Positions 1 to 8,777 of a DNA stretch of 28,378 nucleotides are shown piece by piece (positions within the stretch are counted from its first letter, which is position 1; every line of letters starts with the position of its first letter). A program made the position numbers and the translations under genes. The notes beneath the pieces were generated by a model. It had not been told where the DNA came from and searched no databases. It saw nothing but the letters and a program-made list of their open reading frames with translations. Location: the NCBI GenBank assembly GCA_048939015.1, contig JBHLPW010000059.1, forward strand, positions 1-28,378. The letters run 5' to 3'. This DNA is from Promethearchaeota archaeon. GTDB taxonomy: Archaea > Asgardarchaeota > Lokiarchaeia > Sigyniarchaeales > SOKP01.

Positions 1-750
1 GAATATTATGTAGGCACTTGTACACATGTGAATGAAAATAACATAGAGTATGAAAAATCTTGTCCACGGCGTATTTCTTGGCTAAGGAGTATGGAGAAAC
101 ATGGGTTGCGAGTAAAAGTCGCACTTTTAGATGATATGCACGCAGGCTTTCTATATATCATGCCAATTGAAATTACACCTTGGAATATACAGGGTAGAGA
201 TTTGATGGTGTTTCCTTGTTTGGTTTCACAATCTAAATATTCTAGAAAGGGTATTGGGAAAGAGTTAATAAAAGCAGCAGAAGAAGAGACTATAAGACAA
301 GATCGTAAAGGAATAGTAACTATTGGGTTTTTTTGGGATTTTTGGTTTATGCCAGCAGGCTTTTTTTTGAAATTAGGATTTAAAGTAGTAGAGAAAAGGG
401 GGGAAGAAGCAATTCTTTGGAAACAACTTAATCAAAATGCTGAAGCTCCTAAATTCCGAGAAGAAAATTATAATTTTAAACCTATTAAGGGAAAAATTGT
501 CATAGATTTGTTTTGGAATAGGTTTTGTCAAACAAGTGATGTTGAAGCAGAAAGAGTGCGAGAAGTGATCTCAGAATATGGAAATGATGTAATTTTGAAT
601 GAATTTTCGGCAGTTGATCAAAAAATTTTACAACAATATGGCATCGAGCGAAGAATCTATGTGAACGGTAAAATGATGGAACTAACCTCAGAAATTGAGA
701 AAACTAAACTTAGAGTAGCAATTAATAGTGTTTTAATTTCGTCTAAATAA
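1..750 (+). CDS. GNAT family N-acetyltransferase with C-terminal thioredoxin-like domain (YoaP-like architecture); probably 5'-truncated by window edge
   Basis: Acetyl-CoA binding motif A 'VSQSKYSRKGIGKELIKAAEE'. C-terminal 'IVIDLFWNRFCQTS...IYVNGK' resembles a thioredoxin fold. Frame +1 is open from base 1 (EYYVGTCTH...) into the GTG at 28, so the true start probably lies upstream. Confidence 0.75.
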   Translation, partial: EYYVGTCTHVNENNIEYEKSCPRRISWLRSMEKHGLRVKVALLDDMHAGFLYIMPIEITPWNIQGRDLMVFPCLVSQSKYSRKGIGKELIKAAEEETIRQDRKGIVTIGFFWDFWFMPAGFFLKLGFKVVEKRGEEAILWKQLNQNAEAPKFREENYNFKPIKGKIVIDLFWNRFCQTSDVEAERVREVISEYGNDVILNEFSAVDQKILQQYGIERRIYVNGKMMELTSEIEKTKLRVAINSVLISSK

Positions 751-886
751 ATAGTTAGTTAGATTAATTTCTCTCTTTCTTAGTAGTTTGAATTGTTTTA
801 GAAATTGTTAAATATTTGATATGAATATTGGACATTAATGTATAATTAGTAGATTATACATAAACAAATCCGATATTAAAAATATA

Positions 887-894
887 AAGGAGGT
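887..894 (+). promoter_or_regulatory. Shine-Dalgarno sequence AAGGAGGT
   Basis: Strong SD motif 6 nt upstream of the ATG at 901. Confidence 0.7.
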
Positions 895-900
895 TATTAA

Positions 901-1215
901 ATGATCTTTATCAATTATTGGGAACTTAATCCGGATTTCGATCCATCAGAATTAGCAGGAGTTGCTCAAACGTTAATAAGTAAAAAATTGTGGCCTGCGG
1001 AAGGTACTAAAGAAATTGGGTGGTATGTTAGCACTTCTGATTATTGGGGCATAACCATAATAGAAGCTGAAAATGAGGAGCAAATGATAGAAGTAACAGC
1101 TATGTGGAGAATTGCCAAACCTGGTATCTTTAAGTTCATAAAAACCACACCTGCGATGGAAATAGTTAAAGTAGTCCCGGTACTAATGAAATTGGCTAAA
1201 AAAATAAAGGAATAA
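901..1215 (+). CDS. Small archaeal-type protein, DUF3303-like
   Basis: 104 aa ORF with strong SD. Pattern 'F...WEL...G.KEIGWY...GITIIEAENEE...W......F...PAM' recalls DUF3303 proteins. Confidence 0.6.
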   Translation: MIFINYWELNPDFDPSELAGVAQTLISKKLWPAEGTKEIGWYVSTSDYWGITIIEAENEEQMIEVTAMWRIAKPGIFKFIKTTPAMEIVKVVPVLMKLAKKIKE

Positions 1216-1308
1216 AAATGATAAAAAACCTAATTAAAATCTTTTTTTTATTTAATAATTCTTATATATAGATTCATTCTATACTAAATCTGTGAAATTT
1301 TCATTAGA

Positions 1309-1315
1309 GAGGTGA
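1309..1315 (+). promoter_or_regulatory. Shine-Dalgarno sequence GAGGTGA
   Basis: Archaeal-type SD 7 nt upstream of the ATG at 1323. Confidence 0.7.
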
Positions 1316-1322
1316 ACTACTA

Positions 1323-1583
1323 ATGACAGAGGAAAAAATTGATCATGGATTAAAGAAGGCTCTTATTGTTTTTATTATTGTTTTTATTATAGGAATACTA
1401 ATGTTAATTGTTGTTATTTTTACATTAACCCCATATTTAGAAAATGCTGATGCGCAGATACGTACATCATATCAAATTTCAATAGTAACTAGTATCATCA
1501 CAATTATTTTTGGCGCTGTGGGTATAATCCTTTATTTTATTGCACCCAATGTATTAAAAAAATATATTAATAAGAAATGGTGA
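1323..1583 (+). CDS. Small hypothetical membrane protein (2 TM helices)
   Basis: 86 aa with two long hydrophobic segments, a basic C-terminus and a good SD. Confidence 0.75.
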   Translation: MTEEKIDHGLKKALIVFIIVFIIGILMLIVVIFTLTPYLENADAQIRTSYQISIVTSIITIIFGAVGIILYFIAPNVLKKYINKKW

Positions 1584-1649
1584 TTTGTTTAAGCGTTAAA
1601 TAAGTTAAATTAAATTTTAGCATATTCAAAAAATTAATTGTTCAATGGT

Positions 1650-2033
1650 TTATTGTATTTTCTTTAACATTTTTAAAAAATCATCTCGAATAGGATAAAA
1701 AATATCGAGCATAACAAATGGTTCATCGCTTATACACGTATCTCCGTGAGGAGTGTTAGAAGGGATTCGATAAAAATCCCCTTTTCTTACGATCCGTTCT
1801 TCGTCTCCAATACGTAGCTTTGCTTCACCAGCATAAACCATTCCAATTTGCTCATGCTTATGAGAATGAATAGGAACTGTATGACCTGGTAAGGTTGCAT
1901 TAAGAGCCATTGTCATATTCTCTCCATGCAGTCCTGAAAGAATTATTGTCTCTAATCCCTCCATCTGCCCGAATTTTGGAGCATCCTCAATATTAATAAA
2001 ATATGGACTCTTCTTTTTTTGAATAATAATCAT
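1650..2033 (-). CDS. Cupin domain protein (Cupin_2)
   Basis: Cupin motif 1 'PGHTVPIHSHKHEQIGMVYAG' (HxH...E) and motif 2 'GDFYRIPSNTPHG'. Typical tail 'LDIFYPIRDDFL'. Confidence 0.9.
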   Translation of the reverse strand: MIIIQKKKSPYFINIEDAPKFGQMEGLETIILSGLHGENMTMALNATLPGHTVPIHSHKHEQIGMVYAGEAKLRIGDEERIVRKGDFYRIPSNTPHGDTCISDEPFVMLDIFYPIRDDFLKMLKKIQ

Positions 2034-2059
2034 CTCCCAAAATAATTCAAACTTTTATT

Positions 2060-3316
2060 TTATAGCGAATCTATATATTTTAAAAACTCCAAACAGATCT
2101 CAACGAATTGCCCTAATGCTTCTTTTTCAACATTTTCAGGAGTATCTAGTCTTGTATGATAATAAGGAAGGAGTTCATCTTTGAGATTAAGACCGCCAAT
2201 CGATGCAGTGGGGATCCCTTTTTTACTAAATGCCGCACCATCTGTCGCTCCAAAAGGTAAAGTACCAATTTTCGCGTCTGGATTTAATTTTTTAGCTATT
2301 TCGAATATTGGCTGATAGATTTTTGGATCATGTTTAGCACCAATCCCTGGTTCTTTATCAATAATAATAACAGTCTCTTTTTTTGCAATAGCGTCCATAT
2401 TGACTACTACTGTTCCTTCTTCTATCAATTGATTATAGTGAGCCTTTATATACCGTTTTGAACCTCTCAATCCAGCTTCTTCCCCTGCAAAAGAAACTAA
2501 AGAAACTTTAGTATTTTTAGGGAAAATTTCTGTTTTTTTTTTATTTTCTGATAAAATCTTACCTATTCCAAGAACTATTGATACTCCAGATAAATTATCG
2601 AATGCCCCTAAAACTGGATGATATGAGTGAAAGAATATGTAGACAAAGATTATGGGAACAAATACGAAGAAAAAGAATCCAAAAATTACAAATAAAATTG
2701 TAAGTTGGATTGATACCAGTTGTAAAATAATTTTTATGATAATTACGATGAATATTATTCCTACTCCCAGATATCCTACATTAATTATAATTTGTCCAAA
2801 CCTCTTCAAATAATAGAATGTGTTGAATTCAAAAGCAGAATCGTGATGCGCTGAAAAAATTATAGAATTTTTTACTTTATCTGATGGATTTATAGTTCCA
2901 ATAATATTTTTTGACATTCTCTTAGGGAATAGAGAGTCAAAAGTCTCATGATATTTCATTACTTCCAAAATTAAATAACTCACACATAATAGTATTAAAA
3001 TAACAGCAATAACCATAAAAATTAGACTATAAATGATGTCAATTAACCATATCCTTAAATCTACAAACAAAGAACACCAATATAAAATGAGGGATATTAG
3101 TACAAGAAAAACTGCATACCGTATCCCTCCCAGAAATGCGTGAGGACTACTTATATATTCCTCCTGATGTGCTTCATCACAGAATTTTTTCAACTCTTCC
3201 TCTATTATATCCCCTGCGCGTAGTTCTTGCTCTGTCCCAGATTCCCTTGGACCAACTTCATTACAAACTTTTTCTATGAAACCATACATATAGTTATTTA
3301 AATTGGTATTCGACAT
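2060..3316 (-). CDS. M28 family metallopeptidase, membrane-embedded
   Basis: Motifs 'GPRESGT', 'SAHHDS', 'GAFDNLSG', 'AGEEAGLRGS', 'NMD', 'TDG..F', 'YYHTRLDT'. About 4 inserted TM helices. Confidence 0.9.
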   Translation of the reverse strand: MSNTNLNNYMYGFIEKVCNEVGPRESGTEQELRAGDIIEEELKKFCDEAHQEEYISSPHAFLGGIRYAVFLVLISLILYWCSLFVDLRIWLIDIIYSLIFMVIAVILILLCVSYLILEVMKYHETFDSLFPKRMSKNIIGTINPSDKVKNSIIFSAHHDSAFEFNTFYYLKRFGQIIINVGYLGVGIIFIVIIIKIILQLVSIQLTILFVIFGFFFFVFVPIIFVYIFFHSYHPVLGAFDNLSGVSIVLGIGKILSENKKKTEIFPKNTKVSLVSFAGEEAGLRGSKRYIKAHYNQLIEEGTVVVNMDAIAKKETVIIIDKEPGIGAKHDPKIYQPIFEIAKKLNPDAKIGTLPFGATDGAAFSKKGIPTASIGGLNLKDELLPYYHTRLDTPENVEKEALGQFVEICLEFLKYIDSL

Positions 3317-3520
3317 TTGTATCCTATTTTAATTTTTCATATTATTTGATATTCATTAAAAGAACTAGTTATTATTAATTTTGTTAATTCTTGTTATAAA
3401 TCTTTAATAAATATAAAGAATTAAGGTTCTACATGATTTTCAATATGTAAATTATAAATAAAGAACTCTTAAAAGCCTTATAAAAGTTAAATTTAATAGA
3501 TTATTAAAAGAGAAAAGACT

Positions 3521-4240
3521 ATGAAAAACAATCGACCTGAAACAACACTATTTATGCTTCAATCTGTAGATGGGAAAATTTCTACAGGGGATGTCGATAA
3601 TCGGGATCAAGAGATTGATTTTCCTAAAATTAAGGGAATTAAGGAAGGCTATTATCAATACTATGAATTTTTATTTAAGACTGATAGACATGCGTTAATA
3701 AGTGGTAAAGTCTTGGCAAAAATTGGTGTAAACTCCCGTGAAAAAATTGATGACCATAAGGATGTCACTATGATTATAATTGATCGTAAACCACATCTTA
3801 CTGAAAAGGGAGTTAATTATCTAATAAATTCATTTAAATCAATCTTTATTGTTACGAACAACCAAAACCATCCTGCCTATAAATTTGCAGAAGAAAATAA
3901 TCTAATTATTATTTTTTTCAAGGATAATATAAATTTAGAAGATCTATTTAAAAAATTAAAGCAAGACCATAATATTGAAAAGATTTCGATTCAATCAGGT
4001 GGTACCTTAAACGCTTTGTTTTTGAAACATAGACTTTTAGATCATTTTTCTCTTATTATTGCACCCTGCTTAGTTGGTGGAAAGAGCACTCCTACATCTA
4101 TAGACGGCATTGCTCCTCAAATTAATGATGACTTAGTTAATATCAAAGCTTTAACGCTTAAGAAATGTGAAGTGTTAAAATATTCATATATACATCTTTA
4201 TTATGATGTGATAAATGATACAACAATAGACAAGGACTAG
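3521..4240 (+). CDS. RibD C-terminal / dihydrofolate reductase-like NAD(P)H-dependent reductase
   Basis: 'MLQSVDGKIS', 'IQSGGTLNALFLKHRLLD', 'IAPCLVGG' match the RibD_C reductase fold. No deaminase domain. Confidence 0.85.
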   Translation: MKNNRPETTLFMLQSVDGKISTGDVDNRDQEIDFPKIKGIKEGYYQYYEFLFKTDRHALISGKVLAKIGVNSREKIDDHKDVTMIIIDRKPHLTEKGVNYLINSFKSIFIVTNNQNHPAYKFAEENNLIIIFFKDNINLEDLFKKLKQDHNIEKISIQSGGTLNALFLKHRLLDHFSLIIAPCLVGGKSTPTSIDGIAPQINDDLVNIKALTLKKCEVLKYSYIHLYYDVINDTTIDKD

Positions 4241-4614
4241 ATTAATTTTGCGATTTTCTCGCAAGTTCGTTTACAATCCAAAAAGATTAATCCTAATCTT
4301 ACATCCTTCGTTGTAGAGACAGTTAATACCGCATTAGGACCAGCTTGTAAGACTAGAAGATATCCATCGCTTCCTTTAACATAGAGTTGGTCAAACTCAC
4401 CTTTTTCCATTTCAATAACTGATCTCTCTGCTAATGAAAGCAAGGCAGCTGTCATAGCGGCGATCCGTGTCTCATCGACTCCTTGAGGTAAAGCAGAGGC
4501 AATTGGTAAACCTTCAGCAGATACGATTGCGGCAGCTTTTACTTCTGGGATAGCACTTAATAGCTTTTTTAGGATTTCATCTAAAGATTCTGTTGTCGGT
4601 TCCATAGAAGTCAT
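4237..4614 (-). CDS. Roadblock/LC7 (MglB/LAMTOR2-like) domain protein
   Basis: 'AAAIVSAEGLPIAS', 'IAAMTAALLSLAER', 'QLYVKGSDGY', 'LGLIFLD' are canonical Roadblock motifs. Confidence 0.93.
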   Translation of the reverse strand: MTSMEPTTESLDEILKKLLSAIPEVKAAAIVSAEGLPIASALPQGVDETRIAAMTAALLSLAERSVIEMEKGEFDQLYVKGSDGYLLVLQAGPNAVLTVSTTKDVRLGLIFLDCKRTCEKIAKLI

Positions 4615-4850
4615 TTTTTAGGTAATTTATAATTCGGATTAAATTTAAGGATATAATTTGTGATATAATCTTTACTATTATAGATATTATTAACTTATTT
4701 TAATTTTATTTATTTTTTTTTATTTCGTTTACTCTAATAAATTATATTATTACTTCTTTATTAAACCAATTTAGAAATTTGGTGAAATAAAATTCCTTAA
4801 TCGCTGTTATTTTTTTACTACCTTTATATTTGTAGTATATATCAAAATTA

Positions 4851-5900
4851 TTATTTAAATATTTTAGCTGTTTGTATCATTGTATTAATATTTTCAGGAT
4901 TGCATTTGGAATTAATTCGGTGAGAAGGGGAGACAACTAATGAACAATTATGTTTTTTTGCAATAGTAATTAATTTAGTAGTATAAGTCTTTACTTGTTC
5001 AGGCGTACCAAATGTTAGCAAGCTCGCATCTAAATTGCCTATAAAGCAAATATTATTCTTAAATCTTTCAAAAAGGGAAAATATATCGACTCCTGCATTA
5101 GGTTCTAAACTTTGAATAGCATCAAATTCCAGATTAATAAAAATCTCAATCATATCAGAAACGTCCCCATCAGAATGAAGAATTATTTTTTGATTTTTAG
5201 AATGGATAAGATTGATAATTTTGCTATATTCTTCAAAAAATAAATCTTTCCACATAGCAATTGGAATAAAAGTTCTATTTCGGTATCCATAGTCATCGGC
5301 AATAAGAAAATAAGGAATATTGATAGTTTGAAGGGTTTTTATCAATCTTTTTATATAATTTGAGAAATATGAGACTACTTTTTTAACGAATCCAATATTT
5401 TTTTTTATATTTTTTGCGAAATAATGAAAGCCCATTGATTGCCAAGTTTTTTCAAACAAACCAGGCAGCGAAAATACAAATTCTAATTTAGTTGTAGTTT
5501 TTTTTAAGAAAAACTTTAAATTTTTTAATGATTGCTTAGAGGGAAGTGTTAAATATTCCCATTCATGCACAATTTTCTCATTTTTGAAAACTCCATCCCA
5601 TAAATACCAATCTCCTTCGTACATTCTTCCCCACCCATCAACTCTTTTTTTATTATCTATAGTATAACCTCCCTCTCCTCGTCTAAAATCCCATAATGAG
5701 ATAGCATTAAATCCCATTTGCTCTATAATATTATAGTCTTTCTTATTGAGTTTTATGTCATTATTGTTAAATTTCAATTTGAAATGATGAGAATAATTAT
5801 CAATAAATTCTAATTCAGGGTATCCAGTACAATATAATGGAACTTGGGTTGTTGTTTCTTTTGATAATGCTTTTAAAAAATCACTTTTTTGTTTCTGCAT
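4851..5900 (-). CDS. Uroporphyrinogen decarboxylase (URO-D)/cobamide methyltransferase superfamily protein
   Basis: 'DGWGR', 'GLFEKTWQSMGF', 'IADDYG', 'ILHSDG', 'IQSLEP', 'FIGNLD', 'GTPEQV', 'PSHRI...PENI'. Confidence 0.85.
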   Translation of the reverse strand: MQKQKSDFLKALSKETTTQVPLYCTGYPELEFIDNYSHHFKLKFNNNDIKLNKKDYNIIEQMGFNAISLWDFRRGEGGYTIDNKKRVDGWGRMYEGDWYLWDGVFKNEKIVHEWEYLTLPSKQSLKNLKFFLKKTTTKLEFVFSLPGLFEKTWQSMGFHYFAKNIKKNIGFVKKVVSYFSNYIKRLIKTLQTINIPYFLIADDYGYRNRTFIPIAMWKDLFFEEYSKIINLIHSKNQKIILHSDGDVSDMIEIFINLEFDAIQSLEPNAGVDIFSLFERFKNNICFIGNLDASLLTFGTPEQVKTYTTKLITIAKKHNCSLVVSPSHRINSKCNPENINTMIQTAKIFK

Positions 5901-5970
5901 TATTAAGCTAAATTAAATATTAGATTATGAATTATTTCAATAATTAATAAAATTCTTTATACGATTTATT

Positions 5971-7116
5971 ATGGACTATTGGATTGTTGTTGATAATATC
6001 TATAATGTAACATTATCTCTTTCCTTTTTTGTCCTTGCAATACTGATGTTTTTTATTGGTCGAAAGGGAATAAAGGCAAATAACAAACATGGTGGAGTTA
6101 CGACAATTATTTGCGGTTTTTGTTTTGTCATTTTTGGATATTATAATTCTATTATGAGATTTTTCCCTTATCCTTATAATGGATTTATGGTGTGGTGGAT
6201 AGGAATTATACTATTAGTAAGTTTTTCTTTTTTTGCTATAATTAAAAAAGAAACAAGAAAAATTGAAACCGAACATGAAGAAAGAGTATTAAAAAGTGGA
6301 AAAAAACCAATCTTAAGAAGATATATTGAAAGAATTAGAAGAATGAATCCTTATCAGGCAGATACAAACTTTAATATGGAATTAATTAGAAAAGGTTTTC
6401 ATTTAATGGGTTTTCTTCTTGTTATCGCATATTTTGGATTTTTTGCGCTTTACCCAGTTACTAGGATAATAAGCGATAGTGTTATTGTGTTAATCAATGA
6501 CATTCAACCCGCCTATGAATTAATCTGGGGGCCAGTTTCCTTATTTCCTTATAGTCATGGAGAATTTCAAGCTGTAATTGATCTTACAATGATGGCGTTG
6601 ATTGGAGCTCTTATTTTTGCCATAATCTCTGATTTAATTCGGATTAATTGGAGTCCTGAATATTCAATGTTTAATTTTCTTACACATACAATGTTAAGAA
6701 AAAAAGAGATAAATGCTATGGGCCCCCAAATTTATATTATTACTGGATTTATCTTTTCGTATATGCTCTATATGGTGGGATTTTTACATATTTTATCCTT
6801 TTTTACAGGAGTCCTTGTTGCTTGTCTATCTGATGCCGCAGCAGCACTAATTGGAAAGAGATATGGAAAGCATAAAGTTATAGTAAGGAGTAGAGATACT
6901 AAATCAATAGAGGGATTTCTTGCAGGAACGATTTTAGCATATATAATCGGTCTGATATTAGTAGGACCTGTATATGCGATAATTGGTGCGTTGATTTTCT
7001 TTCTTACTGATTATATTCCAATATATACAGCTGATAATATACTAAACCCTATCTTCATCCCGATAGGTATTCAAATACTAATTATTCTATTGGGATTACC
7101 GGTTGGTTGGTTTTAA
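5971..7116 (+). CDS. CTP-dependent polyprenol/phytol/diacylglycerol kinase family membrane protein (Sec59/Dgk1/VTE5-like)
   Basis: 'ELIRKGFHLMG', 'LRKKE', 'SDAAAALIGKRYGKHK', 'KSIEGFLAG', 'DNILNP'. Multi-TM. Confidence 0.8.
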   Translation: MDYWIVVDNIYNVTLSLSFFVLAILMFFIGRKGIKANNKHGGVTTIICGFCFVIFGYYNSIMRFFPYPYNGFMVWWIGIILLVSFSFFAIIKKETRKIETEHEERVLKSGKKPILRRYIERIRRMNPYQADTNFNMELIRKGFHLMGFLLVIAYFGFFALYPVTRIISDSVIVLINDIQPAYELIWGPVSLFPYSHGEFQAVIDLTMMALIGALIFAIISDLIRINWSPEYSMFNFLTHTMLRKKEINAMGPQIYIITGFIFSYMLYMVGFLHILSFFTGVLVACLSDAAAALIGKRYGKHKVIVRSRDTKSIEGFLAGTILAYIIGLILVGPVYAIIGALIFFLTDYIPIYTADNILNPIFIPIGIQILIILLGLPVGWF

Positions 7117-7120
7117 TATT

Positions 7121-7966
7121 ATGCTTGAATTAATTGATGAATTAAAGGATATTAAATTAGCAATCTTTGATCTTGATGGCGTTATTTATAGAGGAGATGC
7201 TTTAATTCCTAATGCGGAAAAAGTTATCAAAGAGTTTAAAAACCTTTCGATTAAAGTAGTATATAATTCTAATAATTCAACAGCAACGAGACAAACCTAT
7301 GTTGAGAGATTGGAGACTTTTAATATAAAAAGTAAAATAAATGATTTTTACACAAGCGCTTCAATAACTTCTGCTGAAATAACAAAACTTAAGCAGAATG
7401 CAAACATTTATGTAATTGGAGAAAAAGGATTAAGATCAGAATTACAAGCTTCGGGACATACTATTATAACTAAACCAAGAGACTTTAAAGAGATTGATTT
7501 TGTTATCGTAGGTCTTGATAGAGACTTTAAATATAGTAATTTAGCAATTGCACAAAAGTGTATTTTAGAAGGTAATGCCCAATTTTATGCAACAAATGCT
7601 GATTCTACGTTACCTGTGGCTCGTGGATTAAAACCGGGGGCGGGCGTTATGGTTAATGCTTTAAAAACGTGTACAGGCAAAGAACCAGTTAAAATATTTG
7701 GCAAACCTGAACCTTTTGGTATTGAAATGATATTGAATGATACAAAAATTTCAGCTGAAAATACGGTTATTTTCGGTGATCGATTAAATACTGATGTTTT
7801 AGCAGGTAATAGAGCAGGTATTAAAACAATTGTTGTTTTAACAGGGGTTACAACCATGGAAATGATTGAAGAATTAAAAATAAAATCAAAAAATTCAACT
7901 ATATCTGATAAAAATCTAATACCTGATATTGTTATTCACAAATTAGATGAGGTTTTTAAGGAATAG
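7121..7966 (+). CDS. HAD superfamily subfamily IIA hydrolase (NagD-like sugar/nucleotide phosphatase)
   Basis: Motif I 'FDLDGVIY', 'SNNS', 'ATNAD', 'GKPEP', 'GDRLNTDVLAG', 'VLTGVT'. ATG at 7121 is preferred over TTG at 7103. Confidence 0.92.
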   Translation: MLELIDELKDIKLAIFDLDGVIYRGDALIPNAEKVIKEFKNLSIKVVYNSNNSTATRQTYVERLETFNIKSKINDFYTSASITSAEITKLKQNANIYVIGEKGLRSELQASGHTIITKPRDFKEIDFVIVGLDRDFKYSNLAIAQKCILEGNAQFYATNADSTLPVARGLKPGAGVMVNALKTCTGKEPVKIFGKPEPFGIEMILNDTKISAENTVIFGDRLNTDVLAGNRAGIKTIVVLTGVTTMEMIEELKIKSKNSTISDKNLIPDIVIHKLDEVFKE

Positions 7967-7989
7967 TTAAAAGCTCTTTTTTAATTGAT

Positions 7990-8523
7990 TCACAATAACC
8001 CTGCTTTTAATAACATCAAACGGCTTATTTCTTCAAAAACTTCTCCTACATTTTGACCATCTTTAGAAGAACATTCTATATAACCAAAAAGATTGTTTTC
8101 CTTAGCTATTTCGAATGCTTCATCTCTTGATACTACTCTTTTATATTCAAGATCTAATTTACTTCCCACCATAAGTACAGGTAGTTGAGAATTATCCCCT
8201 TTATAACCTTGTTTAAAAATTCCAATCCAATCGGTAAAATTTCGAAGGCTAGTGTACCTTGTTATGTCAAACATAAAAATTCCCCCAGAAGCACCCACGA
8301 CATAACTTGGCATTAGAAATCTAAATCTGTCTTCTCCCGCAAAATCCCAGATTTGTAGACTAACTTGCTTTCCAGCAATTTCAACTTTCTTAACGTGGAA
8401 GTCAACGCCAATAGTTATTACTGAATCACCTTTAAAAACTCCAGTGAGATACCGGTTTATTAAGGTTGTTTTTCCAACTCCACCATCTCCGAAAAAAACC
8501 ACTTTAAACATTGCGTCTGCCAT
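7990..8523 (-). CDS. Rab-like small GTPase (Ras superfamily)
   Basis: G1 GDGGVGKT, G2 TIGVDF, G3 WDFAGEDRF, G4 SKLD, G5 CSSK. ATG at 8523 is the likely start (ORF track starts at TTG 8532). Confidence 0.95.
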   Translation of the reverse strand: MADAMFKVVFFGDGGVGKTTLINRYLTGVFKGDSVITIGVDFHVKKVEIAGKQVSLQIWDFAGEDRFRFLMPSYVVGASGGIFMFDITRYTSLRNFTDWIGIFKQGYKGDNSQLPVLMVGSKLDLEYKRVVSRDEAFEIAKENNLFGYIECSSKDGQNVGEVFEEISRLMLLKAGLL

Positions 8524-8777
8524 TTTAATCAACTGTTTTCTCTACTTGATAATTTTTTTTTTAAATCTTTTACTTATTGAAGAAGCACCTTTTAGTTTGA
8601 ATTGCTATCTTGCGAATTTTTTTATGAATTTGTCTGATGTTTCTTTTTTATTTTTTTATATTTATAATATATTAAATTTATAAAAATGTTAGTTTTAGAT
8701 ACCTAATAAACTCAAATTTAAAATATTTTTTTAAATTAATAAAATGAAATATTGTGTAAATAGAATTAATTTTGAAT

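Noticed and set aside
1581-1592. Possible selenocysteine read-through at the TGA ending the small membrane protein
   Set aside because: A TAA follows two codons later, there is no redox motif context, and no SECIS-like hairpin was recognised.
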